Notes: generated by a model from the sequence alone, not told the origin. Shown: positions 49,888-62,479, counted from the stretch's first letter. The stretch is DNA of 64,000 nt from Raillietiella orientalis (GCA_036172245.1 JAYWIR010000029.1:1054001-1118000), one strand, 5' to 3'. A program made the numbers and translations.

Positions 49888-50674
49888 CTAATAATTAGCG
49901 TAGGGCTGCTGCGGCCTCCCTTCCAGATGGTTGTAGTGCAGGGTACCGTAGGGCAGTACTGTCTTGGCACTGGAGTCGGTGGCAACCTGGCCGGGCCCCT
50001 CGTAGTAGTTCCACTCCGGAGGGGTCAGTCTGTCGGGAGCTGCGTGGCTTCCCTGCTGCAAAGGAAGCTGCTGCTGCTGCTGTCTCTGCTGATGATCCAC
50101 GTAAAAGACGCTGGGCGGAGAGGCCGCCGCCTGGGGAGGAGATGGCGCCAGAGCGTACGCGGGGGGTACTGAGACGTGCACCACTGGCTGCAGCAGGTAG
50201 ACCAGGGTCTGCACCTGGGGGCGCGCGATGGGATACGTCCACGCGCCCCCCCCGACGACGTCAGACTCTGGGAATTTGATGAAGATGATTTTGTAGTGGG
50301 CTTCCGGGGGCGCCTGCCCTAACCTGGACTCGGAGTCTCGAACGGCGTTGTCGGGGATCGAGTAAAAATACACGTGTTTGTGGGTCCTGGATGCATTGCC
50401 AGGCGTAGAGGGGCCAGGGTGCCGCCCCTCGAAAGGGGATGGGCTTCCAGAAAGGCGCCCTTCGGGAAGGGTCGCAGCAAATGGTGTGCCCTCGTCGGGA
50501 CGGGGAAGACTCGCCGCGGACGACACGGCTACCAGGAGCTGGAAGGAAAACAAGCCTGGGAATTAAAGGGCATCCTCTTCCGGAAAATGCCTCGCGCATC
50601 CGAGCCAGAAGGAAATTACCCAGGGCAAGAGGAGGGTGAAGGATCAGCAGGACCGAGTCGCCTTCCGCTCCCAT
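49888..50674 (-). CDS. Second Tweedle-family (DUF243) cuticular protein, probably 2 exons
   Basis: Blocks THKHVYFY, HYKIIFIKFP, QTLVYLL and PPSVFYV, then a Q-rich tail. Model: exon 50674-50620 (MGAEGDSVLLILHPPLAL), phase-1 GT-AG intron 50619-50556, exon 50555-49888 (GLFSFQLLVAVSSAASLP, signal-like). The start exon is tentative. Confidence 0.88.
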
Positions 50675-51149
50675 CGCCTCCGGGGACGTTTCGTGTTCCA
50701 TGCACCCTTCCCGGAAAGGAAGTGAGAGAGTGCCCTCACAAAACTGCAGCCTGTGGGGAAGGGGGAGGGGAGGAGGAAGGGAGGAGCCAGGAGCAGACGG
50801 ATGTGTCGATATGACGCAGCCCCGCGCTGCCGGCCTCCCGGCTCTCGGTCTGCGAGAGATCTCGCAGGCGCCCCGGGAACGAAAGAGACCGGAGCGAACC
50901 CCGTTGGTATTGCTCAGCGCTCGTGGCCAGGTGGTCTGCGCGTGGCTCTCTTCCGGAAGAAGAACGATGCGCGGACGCCGCCTCCCGGACGGGAGAGAAG
51001 GGAGCTGCTCTCCAGATCCTCCCCAAACCCTCTGGACCTTCTGTGAGCCTTATTCCCGTTCTCCCGTGGTGGCTCGGGGAGCTCCGGTCGCTTCCGTTTC
51101 CTTGAAAACCGGGACGACCGCGCCTCCTCCCGTTCGTGCACCGAGGAAA

Positions 51150-52450
51150 GTAGATGCTTTCGCGCGGGTGTGCCCGCTGCCCCAGGTCGCAGGGAGGCGA
51201 CCTGCGAAAAGCGATGCTCCGGGGTTCCCCGACCTCGGAACACCCGGAGGCACTTCGGGCAGTTCCCAGGAATGGCTCAGTCACTCCCCGCATACGATCC
51301 GGGCATTCCCACGGTGCCCCTCGGAGCAGCTCCTGGGAGGACCGCAGCGCCCATCAGATGAAGCGGACGCGTCTTCGAGCAAAGCGGCGCTGCCCCACTC
51401 TGCCCCTCTCTGAGGGATGTATTTCAGAGTGGTGCTCGTCCCGCTTTCCCGAAGAGGCTGTCCGAGTAGCCGCTTCGCCCGAGGGGAGACCCTTGGGTTT
51501 CTGGAAGACCCTTGGAGCAGAGGGACTCCCGGAAGGGAACGTTCCCTCGCCCAGAGGTTGCGACGTTTCACCCTCCTTCAACGATCCTGCCTTCTCCCTA
51601 TCCTCCTCCTACTACTTTCGGGAACTCCCGCCCTCGCGGCCCGCGCGCTTCCTAAGGGAAGCGCACAGAGAAGGAGAAGATGAGGAGAACGTGGTCAGAG
51701 AGGGGGAGTTCCCCGTTGTTGCCCCTCAGGAGGACCCCGGGATCCGTGCTGCGGGCCTCATCGTCCCTCTCGCGAGTCATGCGCGCGCTGCCAGACGAAA
51801 GCCGGTACGCCGCCATCCGGGAGGCTCCCGAACTAGCGGGAGCCCCCACACTGATCGATGGCGAGTCCCCGAGCCGGAGGGAAACGGCCCAGGGCAAGAG
51901 AAAGGGCTAATGAATGAATCAAGGGAGAGGGGAAATTCAGAACCTTTGGAAGAGCCTTCGACCCTTTCCTCTGCGGTCCGGAGCAGATCCCAGCTCCCCA
52001 GGGTTCCTCGCGGAAGGGTACCCTGGTCCCGCCGACGTGGGAGGGGACGGAGGAGAGTTCCTGGATCCCCCTCGCACGCTCCCTCGAGCCCGGGGAGTCC
52101 TACCGCGGGGCACACCCGAAGTTCCTTCCGCGGGAAGGGGACGGGATAGCCCTTAACCTGGAGGGCGGAAGCGGCGTCGCTGCCGCCCTCCGTCCTGGGG
52201 AGACCGGACCTGTCCCTCCCGATGTCGCTTGCAGCGCCGAGTCATCCCTCCCTTCCTCCTCCGTGTGCGTCCCGGCGTCGCGGGGCGCGGTACTCACCGC
52301 GCACAGCAGCTGCCCCCACATGGCGTTGACGGGATGCACGCGCCTCGCCGTCGCCGTCGCAACTCGCGCTGCCCTGCTCGGAGCGGCGCCTGCGTCTTAT
52401 AGTTGGGTTCAACGCTTGTGCGGTCTCAAGGTCTTCTCTTTCTTCTTGGG
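51150..52450 (+). mobile_element. Possible decayed L1-like ORF2 3' half
   Basis: YFRVVL (YLGV.L), LLQRSCLLPILLLL, VVREGEFPVV..AAGLIVP (W.GK.P.V..GGL..P) and AHSSCP (H...CP). Confidence 0.35.
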
Positions 52451-53009
52451 CCGCGCAGCCTTCGCGAGAGAGGCGGATGGAAATAGACCGGCGGCGGACA
52501 GGGCCGGGCGGGAGGCCTTGGCAGTGATCTTGGGACGGATGGGACAGGGGAGGGTCAGGAGGAGGAGAAACGGAGGTCCTCCCGCCTCGAGACTGCCTCG
52601 GGTCGCCTCCAGGGAAGAGGCGGCTGCTCCCGCGACCCTTGCTGCAGGACGACGGGGAGGAGTCTCCCCTCCCCCGCCTTGCTCCCAGGGAGCAGCCGGG
52701 AGGGAAAGTCCCCTGAGCCCCAGTCTACGGCTTCCCTGAGGGAGGAGGGAGAAAGATCGAAGTCACCGGGGCAGGCTCTCCCGGGAGGAAGGAGCGGCTG
52801 GTCCGCGGCTTCCCTGTGGGCATCCCTGCGCGCCTGCCCACCCTCTTCTCGCGGAGCGCGGGAAGACGTCGTCAGTCCCGCGGGTTCGTTCCGAGATCAT
52901 TCCCCCCGGGGAGGGGCAGAATTGCGGCCGGATCGGGAGCAGCGAAGCGGGAGATCCTCAGAATGGCCCCCGACCTTGAAGTGCTCGGGCAGAGAATCTC
53001 AGGTTCGAA

Positions 53010-53618
53010 CGAATTCTCGCGAGAGATGTACGAATTCTCGAGAGGGACGTGCGAATCCTGGAGCGGGACGTGTGGATCCTGGAGTGGGACGTGAGAATCC
53101 TGGCGTGGAACGTGCGAATCCTGGCGTGGGATGAGCGGATCCTGGCGTGGGACGTGCGAATTCTCGCGTGGGATGCACGAATCCTCGAGAGGGACGCGCA
53201 AATTCTCGAGAGAGACTTACGAATTCCCGAGAGGGACGCGCGACTTCTCGAGAGAGACCTACGAATTCTCTCGAAGGATACGCGAATCCTCAAGAGGGGC
53301 GCGCGAATTCTCTCGCGGGACATACAAATTCTCGAGAGAGACGCACGCATCCTCGAGAAGGACGCGCGAATTCTCACATGGGACGTACGAATTCTCCAGA
53401 GGGATGCGCGAATTCTCGAGAGGGACAAACGAATTCTCGAGATGTGCTGACGGATCCTGGAGAAATCGTGGCGAATTCTCAACGAATACCGACGAATTCT
53501 CTCAAAGGCAAGTGGAATCCTCGATGAAGCAGAGCGAATTCTAGAGAGTGACCGACGAATTATCGAAACGTCTGAACGAATTCTCGATGAAAGGCAGTGA
53601 ATTCTCGAGAAAGCCGAG
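53010..53618. repeat. 21-bp tandem array, 29 units, consensus approx. CGAATTCTCGAGAGGGACGYG, encoding heptads
   Basis: Units start exactly at 53010+21n through 53598. The + frame reads (RILERDx)n and the - frame reads (SRIRxSL)n. Confidence 0.95.
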
Positions 53619-54899
53619 CCAAGTTTCGAGCTCGCACAAGCGGACGAAGCGGACGTTTCCCGCCGCTCCCATTCGCTCGCTACCTGCAGATCCCGGAGGA
53701 TGAGGGGGAGAGACTGCATGCCCCATCCTCGCATCACGAACGTACGCAGAGGCCGCCTTCCTGGGTCGCTCAGCAACCAGCAGCACGCGTGATCGAATCT
53801 CCAGAGGAAAGCCTGCCCGTTTTCTCTCTCTCCCACTCTCTCTTTTTGGTCACACTGGAGGGCACACGGGGATCCCGCCGCTTCCCGACAAACAACCGAG
53901 GGTTAGGAAAAAAGGAAAGCGTCTCCTTCCACCTAGTTCGCTCGACGCTTCCTGTTTTTTCGCGCAGCTCATTTCGCAATGCGTAGCGGGAGCACAAATT
54001 CACGGAAATAGGGCTCCCCGTACACCTGCGCAGTTCTCCACCTGCGTAGAAGAGGGCTCGCGTTGCGGACCAGTCGCGACCATTCGATTCCATCATCGCT
54101 AAAGGGATGAATGCCAGAGTACTTCGTATGCTCCTCCTGTACTTCAAAACGGGCGAAAATCGCACGTGAAAGCAGCACTTATAGCAAATATGGCTACCGC
54201 GAGACTGTTTTCTGATGAGAGTCATATGGGTGTGCTGCTTACGTGATGCGCATGCGGACAAACTGGCAGGGGAACCCCTCGACGCAGCAAAGCCGCCGCG
54301 CCACTTGCGAAGGAAGAGGTTCGATCCCGTGGGCGCGGTGTCGCTGCGCAGATCTGCCTTGTCTCGAGGCTCCTCGACTGCCGCTCTCAATCGCAAGTCA
54401 TCAGGTGATGATGGTTGCATGGTTGCACTGCCAGTGAGGAAGAGGCAATCGAAAGCGATTCCGAGTTTCGCAAAAACAAGAAGGAAAGGGAAGAAAGAAG
54501 TTCTTGTCCGCGAAGGTCTTCCCGTAAAAGTAGCTTTGCTCTGCTCGACTTTGATCCCTTGCTCTGCTCGAGCGGCTCCTGTTGCCTTTGCCGAATTGCG
54601 GAAAATGCATAGGCATTCAAAATTTACATTTTTTTATCCTCCCCCACCCCCCCGCAGTCAAGTGTTGGGAAGACCTGCTCGTTTAAGAAATGTTAGCGAC
54701 AGGTATTTCTGCCAGGAGAATCAAAAAATAAAAGCACAAAAGCCAATCGGATAAAGCGAGGTTCGGATTCTCTGATACAATGCTGCTGCCGCCTAACACT
54801 TTTCTCGCCAATTATCCGTCCATTAATTCACCACTGACTGCAGGAAATCCATCCGATTTGCACAAGGTCGCCTCTGTGCCTCCTTACGAAGGGGTATAT

Positions 54900-55750
54900 A
54901 ATGGCTCCATTTGCTCCCATCTTGTTCAGTCTACTGCAACACAGACGAGTTTGCAGCAAACTGGTTTGGCAGACGTTCTCCGGGGTCGATTTCAAGTAAT
55001 CTGGACTTCAGAAATCCTTCTGCACGCGAAGGGGAATCTCCTCCGTTGTTCTCCAGAACAGCAATTCGGAGATTTTTTAGATGCCGTGATTTTGAAGATG
55101 AATGCAAGCTTTCAAGAGTAGGCAGCAGGTGCGACCTCGGCTTGAAGTTTCGAAAACAATCCGAGCTGTGGTACATACACTTTAAACTGGCCGACCTCAA
55201 GTGGCGCTGCGCTTCGTCGCAAAGCCGAACGGAGGAAGGGGCCATAAACGTGTATGTTCTCATCCACTGTGTCCTCGCTATTGCCCACCCATCTCGGTGT
55301 GCCACGACAGTGCTGGACGCGCAGCATACCACTACCAAGACGTGCTTGTCGGCTGCAGAAGCAGTAATGATTTTCGGAACTCTTGGATCCGTTCCCATTG
55401 CTGAAACAGATCGCTGCTCCTTCCTGGAGGCCCGGATGCCAGCTTCCTTAGAGTCGGCAGAATGCTGGTCGATCACGAAAAATCCGTTATCCTCGTGCTG
55501 CTGCGAGATGCTTTGCAAAACGAAGACGTTTATCAACCAGGAAAAACGTGCGCCTCGACGCCCGATCCGCCAACATCCACTCCTCTCCGAGGACGCTGAA
55601 CTTCAACGTGATCAGAATGAGAACGATTATCTATCGAAACCTGAGAGCTCCGCAGTTTCTCTGGGCGGCTCCCATAGCGTCTTTCGGCGCTTCCCCAAGA
55701 CCAAAAGAGGGTCCTCCAAATTTCGCGGTGGATGAAGAACGCGAAGAACG
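54900..55750 (+). mobile_element. Decayed AP-endonuclease domain of an L1-like ORF2
   Basis: LGLKFRK..ADLKWR (AILF.K..D..GR), AINVYV (INVYAP) and VMIFGTLG..ETDRCS (II.GDFN..DR). Confidence 0.45.
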
Positions 55751-56666
55751 CTGCAATCCGCCGCTTGCAATCTTTTGGTCCAGGACTTCGTCCGATCACG
55801 TTGCCAGCATCAAACTCTTTCGAAACTTCAAGTCCAACTTGTGCTTTCCAGCGGTGCCGTGCGGTGTTTGGTAGATGGACAGCTCGGCGAGGGCAGCAGA
55901 TCGCTCGAAAATGCTCCACGGAAGCTGGCAGCCTGGAAGCATCCGGGGAGATGCGAGCGCTCTTTCCATGAGGGGACGTGCTTCCTCTGCAGCCTGCTGA
56001 GACAAATGGGGTGCTTGGGATGCAAGGAAACGCCGAGCCCGGTTTCCAAGAGTCCTGCGGCAGCGAGGACCCCCCCTCTCCAAAGTTGTCACGGGAAGCT
56101 AGGAGTCGCATTTTCGAATCTTTCAGCAATTCCGCATGTCAGCATTCCCGATGTCGTTCCTAATCGATTCACATGTGCTGGAGGAAGGTTTTCATTGAGT
56201 CAGTCTGTGCTCTTCCAGCCTTGCCATCCACAGTGGTCGAATAAGAACGAGCCGTCCTGCCGCTTATGTCGTCCTGAACCCGTGTTCCATTAGATTTCGA
56301 GGGTCTTCTGTGCATTCGGAGACTCTCCATTTCACCCGGACTGCCTCCTTTTCAGACATCCGATTTTGAATTTCGAAGGTTCACAGTCTTCCGCTCGCTA
56401 CAGATAACAGCATCCTGTGTTCTGGAGTCCTGTTTCCCTGTCTTTGTACTGCCGGCGGAACCGTGCTTCAGGAAATTCCATTGTTTCCCAAGATTTGCTT
56501 GACCCGATAGGTGGCGGGTGGGTGTCACTGTGGCGAGCAGCAATTTCCGCTTCCTCATTAGAACTTGCAGCTCGAGAATCGTGTCGGCGGAGCTATCGCC
56601 AGCTCAGAGACCTCGTTCGTTCGCTACTTCGACGTCCGTTCCTCGTCCGTACGACGGCGGAACGAC

Positions 56667-56740
56667 TTCCTGCTAGCTCGACCTATTCTCAACACTCCCG
56701 ACTTTGCGTTCATAAGAGACGGGTTCGAATCTGGCTGGAA
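56667..56740 (+). pseudogene. Weak tRNA-like relic
   Basis: TTCCTGC-TAGCTCG...GGGTTCGAATCT-GGCTGGAA: A-box-like and B-box elements at tRNA spacing and 6/7 acceptor pairs; inner arms not recognisable. Confidence 0.25.
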
Positions 56741-58299
56741 CGCCAGATTTGTGTAACATACGAAGCTCATCTGTACACGTCCCGGCACGTGCGATTATGG
56801 ACGCAATCCAAACAGCAGCCGTAGAAACAGCAAGAACGGAAACTGGTGTGATTGCGGATTCAGCGTGTTCCCGGTCTTGATCCAACTCTGAGGCCAGGTC
56901 CTGAATTACAGAATGACGGTGGGTGCTGGAAGCAGCTGGTAGAAGCCTTCAGCTTCTACCCCATTCTCAAAGGGACTGAGAAGACATCCAGATTCAAAGA
57001 TGCCGCCAGGAATCCAAGAAAGGAGTCGATACAAAGGTGTCATCAAGAATCCACTTATGTCATCAACTAGACCCTTGGGAACTTGCAACCTCAGCAGGAT
57101 ATCAGCCCTCTGTGAACTGGTTTTGCCCTGCCGACGCATGTGGATAAAATGGGGTAGCATTTATGATTGCCTCGTGCATCCGCTACACTTGCAGCATTCA
57201 TTGCACATATCGGAACTGAGCCGATTACTGGATGGGGTGCCCCGAATCCGCGACAGCCTCGTGAAGAGAACAGCTCTTGGACGAAGAGGAAGATGTCGCC
57301 GAAATACAGTCCTCAGGATGGAAAAGTAGGAGAGAGAACCCTCCCTTTTATTTGTAGTCTCACTGACTGTTGGCTACGAAGATAAAGAGTGCAAAACAAT
57401 GATCAGGAGATAAGGATTCTGAGTTCACAAGCGATGGTCCGCCGACTCCACGAAGACCACGGCAAGACCATCGAAGAGAACACTGTTCCTATGCGGAGTG
57501 GGAGCTGCAGACGCAGCCTGGATATGATGCAAAGAGGTAGGTGACTTGCGAGGTTCGAACGATGCTTTTCATGCCATTCGAGATCGGGATGGTTGTGGAA
57601 CAATGCTGGAAAATGAACTGGTCGGAGAGTGAAGAGAATCGGCAACACGGCTGCATGCTGTCGGGGGCAGCAGCGGCCGTAAGTCCAACCTCCCAGGCCA
57701 GGAAGAATGGCTGCAAAGGCATCCAGAGCCTCCGAGGAGTCTCGTAAAGGGGATGAGAGGAGGACTGGAGACGTCGGAGCGATAGAAACTTCCAGCCAGG
57801 GCGTAAGGGCGACCGCTCAGGCTGAATAAAAAAAGACCACGGCAAGAGACATCGGCTTCAAGGACGCCCTGTGGAACCTGCATTTCCTGTGGGTCCCGTA
57901 GATATTTGCAGCGCGAATGGTCCGTCCGTGTGTCGCTCGCTCTGCTTATCGTCATCATGTAACAGCTCTAGCGACGATCTCTGCCCTCTGTCGCTGGCTC
58001 GCGAGTCCGAGAGCGAAGAACGAAGCGCGAAGAAGCTCTCGTGCTGTCGCACGCTTTTCCTTCTGTCCCCTTCCGAACTGGCGCTCAGCTCCAAGTCTCG
58101 GCAGCCTGGAGAGGGATGTCGGTCCCGCCGACCAAATACCGTTAGTGAGGGAGAGGTCCCTGCGGACCCAAAGGAAAAAACAATTTTTAGATTCAGAAGT
58201 TTTCCCCCACTACCGAAAGAACACGCAAGAGGTCCACTGCGTCCTCTCCTTTCCGAGTTCCTCTGATTCTTGGATTCCTGCAGTCTCTGCCCCTTCTTT

Positions 58300-58750
58300 C
58301 TTCCCCAGCTTGGATCGCACCCCAAGCCTCACCTTTTCTTCTCTTCGCATCCTCTTTGGTAGCCCACCGGACGCGAGAACCGAACTGCTCAAACCTGATC
58401 TCGACGAACGGGAGAGACCCTTTTTAGAGGCGTGGGAGGAAGAGGTTTCCCCCGTTCTGAACCCACACCCCATGTCCCGCCCCCATTCCCCGCCTGAGGC
58501 GAGGGTGCCCAGTGTCATCTTGACCCGGTTCGCCTCTGGGTCAAGATGGCCTTTGATTCCAGACCGAGAGCAGAACTTGAGGCCTTGAAGTTGTTGCGGC
58601 GCACACAACGCACTTGCGTCACTCGTCGGCGAGTGAGCCCACGCCGTACCCACTGAGGACGTTGCGCACTCTCGTGGGCACAAGCATGCTCGCCGCCAAA
58701 TGCGGGTCCACGTGGAGCGAGGAGGGAGGAAGAGGAGGTCCGATCGGGAA
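58300..58750 (+). mobile_element. Possible decayed L1 ORF2 linker / RT start
   Basis: LKPDLDERERPFLEAWEEEVSPVL..P resembles LP.L.EEER..LEAPIT.EEV..L..KSPG. Confidence 0.3.
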
Positions 58751-60299
58751 GAGCATGGCAGAGACTCTTCTTGAGACCTCGAACTCTCCCTCCGTTCCCT
58801 CCGAAGCTGTTTCGGGAGCCGCGAGGCGCTACCGGAAGGACCCACTTCGAGAGTGGGAGGGCACCAGAGGGACCCGACGCCCGCACCTTCTCCCCCCCCC
58901 CCCCGAAACAGCGGTGTCCTCGGCGTCCCTGATGCACTGGAAACGTCCGGCACTCCCTGGGGGAGCGAGCGAGAGGCAGGTCCGCTGCCGACGCTGCGAG
59001 AGGAGGGGGAGGAGGAGTTTCCTTCCAGGATCTTTAGGAACGGTCTTCGTCCCAGTTTCATCCGCCTCGTGGGGATGGATCTCCCTGGACAGAGGCTCAT
59101 CTTCTCCCTGGGTCGGGTCTTCTCCGCCTCCTGGAACTCCCGTCCTTTGTTTCCGAGCAGCAGGAGGAAGGCGGAGGAGGCATCGAGGCGCTACCGTGGG
59201 TTCGGTTCGCGCTGCCGACCGATGCGGGGAGGGAGCTACCTGCGCGCGTGCCGTTCGCGCGAGTTCGCTCTCTCCCTTCGGTCGCGGCGTCACCAAGGCT
59301 ATCGCTTCTTTCTCGAAGAAGACTCCCCGGAGGCATTTCGACGTGACCAACCGCGTGGATCTGCGTTTTCGGCTGTCAGCGGCTTCCTCACTCGATCGCT
59401 CTCGAGCCACTTCCGGAAACGCCGTTCTTTTTTTTTTTTTCTCTGCAAGGCGGTGCTTCGGAGCCTGATATCATGGACCATTTTTTTTTTCTTTTCACCC
59501 GATCGCCACGTGCATGAGTTCAGATTCTGGATCAACAGGACCGCCCCCTCCCTTCCCTCGTAGCTCATCCTCGTTTCTTCTCTTCGTCCTCGCGTCAGGG
59601 GACGTCTCCTTTCTGATTCTCGATAGGATTGCAAGAGGGGGAGGAGGAGGAGGAACGAAGGACGAGAGGGAAGCGTGGGACCGGAAGGAAGCGCTCCCTT
59701 CCAGAAAGCCGGAGACGAGATATCCCTTTCCTCCTGGAGGTGGTGATCGGACTGGGGGAGCGAAATGGTCGTCACGAGGACCAACGACCAATCTGACCGC
59801 AGGGAGACAGACGATTAGGAAGACAGCAGTAATCTCATGGTGACCTCTAGGCCGTCTTCCTTCTGAGTTTGACTACCACGGAAACCGAAAGGCCGCGAGA
59901 GATAGGGACGAGCAGGGTGTGGGAGCGCCCTCACGAAGAGACCCTCCACGAGAACGAGGGAGAAGGGTAAAGAGACGGGGTCGCAGGTTCAGCCTGGGTG
60001 TGGACTCACTGCGGTACTCTCCCAGGAAGATGAAGTCTAGCGGATGGCCGCCTTGAAAAGGTGGAGGAGGAGGGGAAAGGGAAGAGGAGGAAGAAGAAGA
60101 AAGGAGGGAGGAAGGGAGGAAGAGAGATCTGCAGTCTCAGTATCTGGAAGGAGTCATGCTGTTTGCACTCCCGTAGAGCCGGAGGAGTCGAGATGCCTCC
60201 AAGGCTTCTCTCAGGGGCGTGGGTGGCCCCAAGCTCGCGTCGGATGTAGCCAGCAGGGAGCAGCAGGTAAAGGGTCAGGCTCGGACAGAGTCACCGTTG

Positions 60300-60720
60300 C
60301 TCTCTCCCTATGTCCGAGAGGAGACATCACCTTGTCCCCTGTCCTCGCCTCTAGACCACGCATACTACGGAATCAGGCCGTCCACCCTATAGAGGATGGT
60401 CTCTCCTGCACGCCGTTCTGGGATAGGACTGTCCCTCCTTCCCGACCGGTGCAGGTGACCCTGCTGACCTCTGATAAGGCCACCACGTGCCTCCCTCAAG
60501 AGGAGGAGTGGTCTTTTCCTGCTCACATCTTGCACTCCCTCCGGGGCTTCCCTTGTTCCGAGAATTCTTCCCTTGAGAACGCTCCAGATCGAGATCGCCC
60601 CGAGGGTCGGGCGCCAGACCCCCTCTCTGGGAGCTGAAGAGCTGCAGTCTGGTTCAGGACTAAGCAGCCTCCACCGCCTCTTCCACAGAGACCAGGTGGT
60701 TTCCGGAAACGCCTTGAGGG
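60300..60720 (+). mobile_element. Decayed L1-like RT fragment
   Basis: TLSPVLASRPRILRNQAVHPIEDG (ILSKVLA.RL..IVHP.Q.G) and LLTSDKA..EEWSFPAHILHSLRGFP (LLSLD.EKAFD.VEWSFL..IL..GFP). Confidence 0.55.
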
Positions 60721-62408
60721 TCTCAAAGGGATGCCAGAGCCACCTCGCACGGGAAAGACCGAACTCGAGCAGCGCGCAAGGCTTCCCGGAGACCAGCAAC
60801 TGTGGTAGAGCTCCCGCAAACCGACTTACGACCAGTGCGCCTCCCCGAGGGCTTCCCTCTTCAGACTCGCCTCGTCTTCTCATGTGGCGTGTACGTGGGA
60901 GACGAGGTCAGCCGGATCTTGCCGACTATCTTTTCTTCAGCGGTGACTACCGGAGGAGGTGACTTTGGGATTGCGAGGAAGCTGATACTTTGCCCAGAAC
61001 CTGGTCCTCCGGATGCGGATCCCAAAGCAAAAAAAGTTTCCAATGCTAGTAACCGATCGGGATGCTCTCCCGAAGCCGCAATGGCTCATCGCAGCCGGCG
61101 AGTCTGCTTCTCTAGAGGTGGTCTCCATGGACACCTCCGCGGAAAGACCGGAAGGGAACGGATGACCCTCGGCTGTGCCCCGGCTCCTTTCTAGAGGGCC
61201 AGGATCGAAGACATGCAGAAAAGAGGGAGAGGAAGAGGTCTGGCCATAAGTGAGACGGAGACGGGGAGCAGGGCGCCTCGCTCCACGAGGGGCAAGGGAT
61301 GGGTCCCCACCGGAAGTGGCAGGGAGGAGAGGGGAGGCTGCTCGCCCGATGAGGAGCTGAGGCTTCGTGCTCGGAAGTTGTTGGAAGGGGAAGGCAGGCC
61401 AGTGGGAAGTCCTTACGGTGCGTCCCGCTAGTTTTCCCCAGGCCCCGATCATTCCCTCTTCCGTTAGTTCGCACATAGCCCTCAGACGTCGTCTCCAAGG
61501 TCGAGACCGTCCCGGAAGGGACAGAGTGGTAGTCACGCTCTGTGGGATGTGGCAGTCTGCTTCTGCCGCTGCGCAAGGATGGCAGGTCAGCGCCATCTTT
61601 GACCTTTGCTACTGCCAGGAGAGAGAGACATCGAGTCGACTCCGAAGGAGGCGCAATTTCTTCGTTGCAGCTTCCCCATCCTTCCGTCCCTTTTCTTTCT
61701 TCTTTTTTCGGCGGAGCGCGCGAGTTCAGCAGCAGCAGCAACAGCAGTAGCAACGAGGGGGACGACGAGCGGATGCTGCTGCCTTCCAGCCTTCCTTACG
61801 ATCTGGTTGACTGGCTGTCCAGGGAACCTCGAGAGTCCCGACATTGAAACCGAGGTGAGGGAGAGACTGCGGAACCAACGGTCCCCGAAAACGCTGCTGA
61901 CGCAACAAGCGTCCTCCCCCAGAAGTCTGAAAATAATCTGGCAAACCTTTGTAGCAGACTTTGAGGGCTTCCTCTCGGAAGCGCTCGCGCCATCGCAAGA
62001 GGAAGCATCCCTACGGCACATAGATGCAAAGAGCAACTTTGGAGAGTCAGGAGAGGCATCGCTGATGTTTCTGCCTTCCGAATGGGACGAAGTCAGAACA
62101 CTTTCGAGTCCTCTTCGTCGACCCTTGCAGCTGGGTCGCGTATTCCCGAGAATGGGGTCCTCCACGGGAGAGGCAACCCGCGGGATATGACGCGGCAAAA
62201 AGGGAGGATGGAGCAGGTTGGACCACCCTAGAAGGAATTCTCTGCCTGCCTTTGCTTCTCCATTTTCCCGACCCCTTCCTTGCCTGTATCCTTGCCTCCG
62301 AGGGGAAGCAAGCGACCCGCTTCCTCGCTTCCCCTCGAGCTTCAGACCGAGCGATCTGCACGACACTTTCCCCTTCGCGAGGTGGTGCTCAGAGATAAAA
62401 CGCAGTTT

Positions 62409-62479
62409 TGCATCTTCCGGGATTCGAACCCAGATCGTCCATGTAGAGGGCGAGAGCTCCACCACGGGACCATAGGTTC
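62409..62479 (-). pseudogene. tRNA-Gly-derived pseudogene or SINE head; anticodon position reads TCT
   Basis: 71 nt GAACCTA TG GTCC CGTGGTG GAGC T CTCGC CCTCTAC ATGGA CGAT CTGGG TTCGAAT CCCGG AAGATGC A aligns without gaps to the eukaryotic tRNA-Gly(GCC) layout as I recall it. The T arm is intact; acceptor and anticodon stems are mismatched. Confidence 0.65.

Noticed and set aside
53010..53618. CRISPR-like array
   Set aside because: The units are contiguous 21-mers with no unique spacers, there are no cas genes, and the context is eukaryotic.
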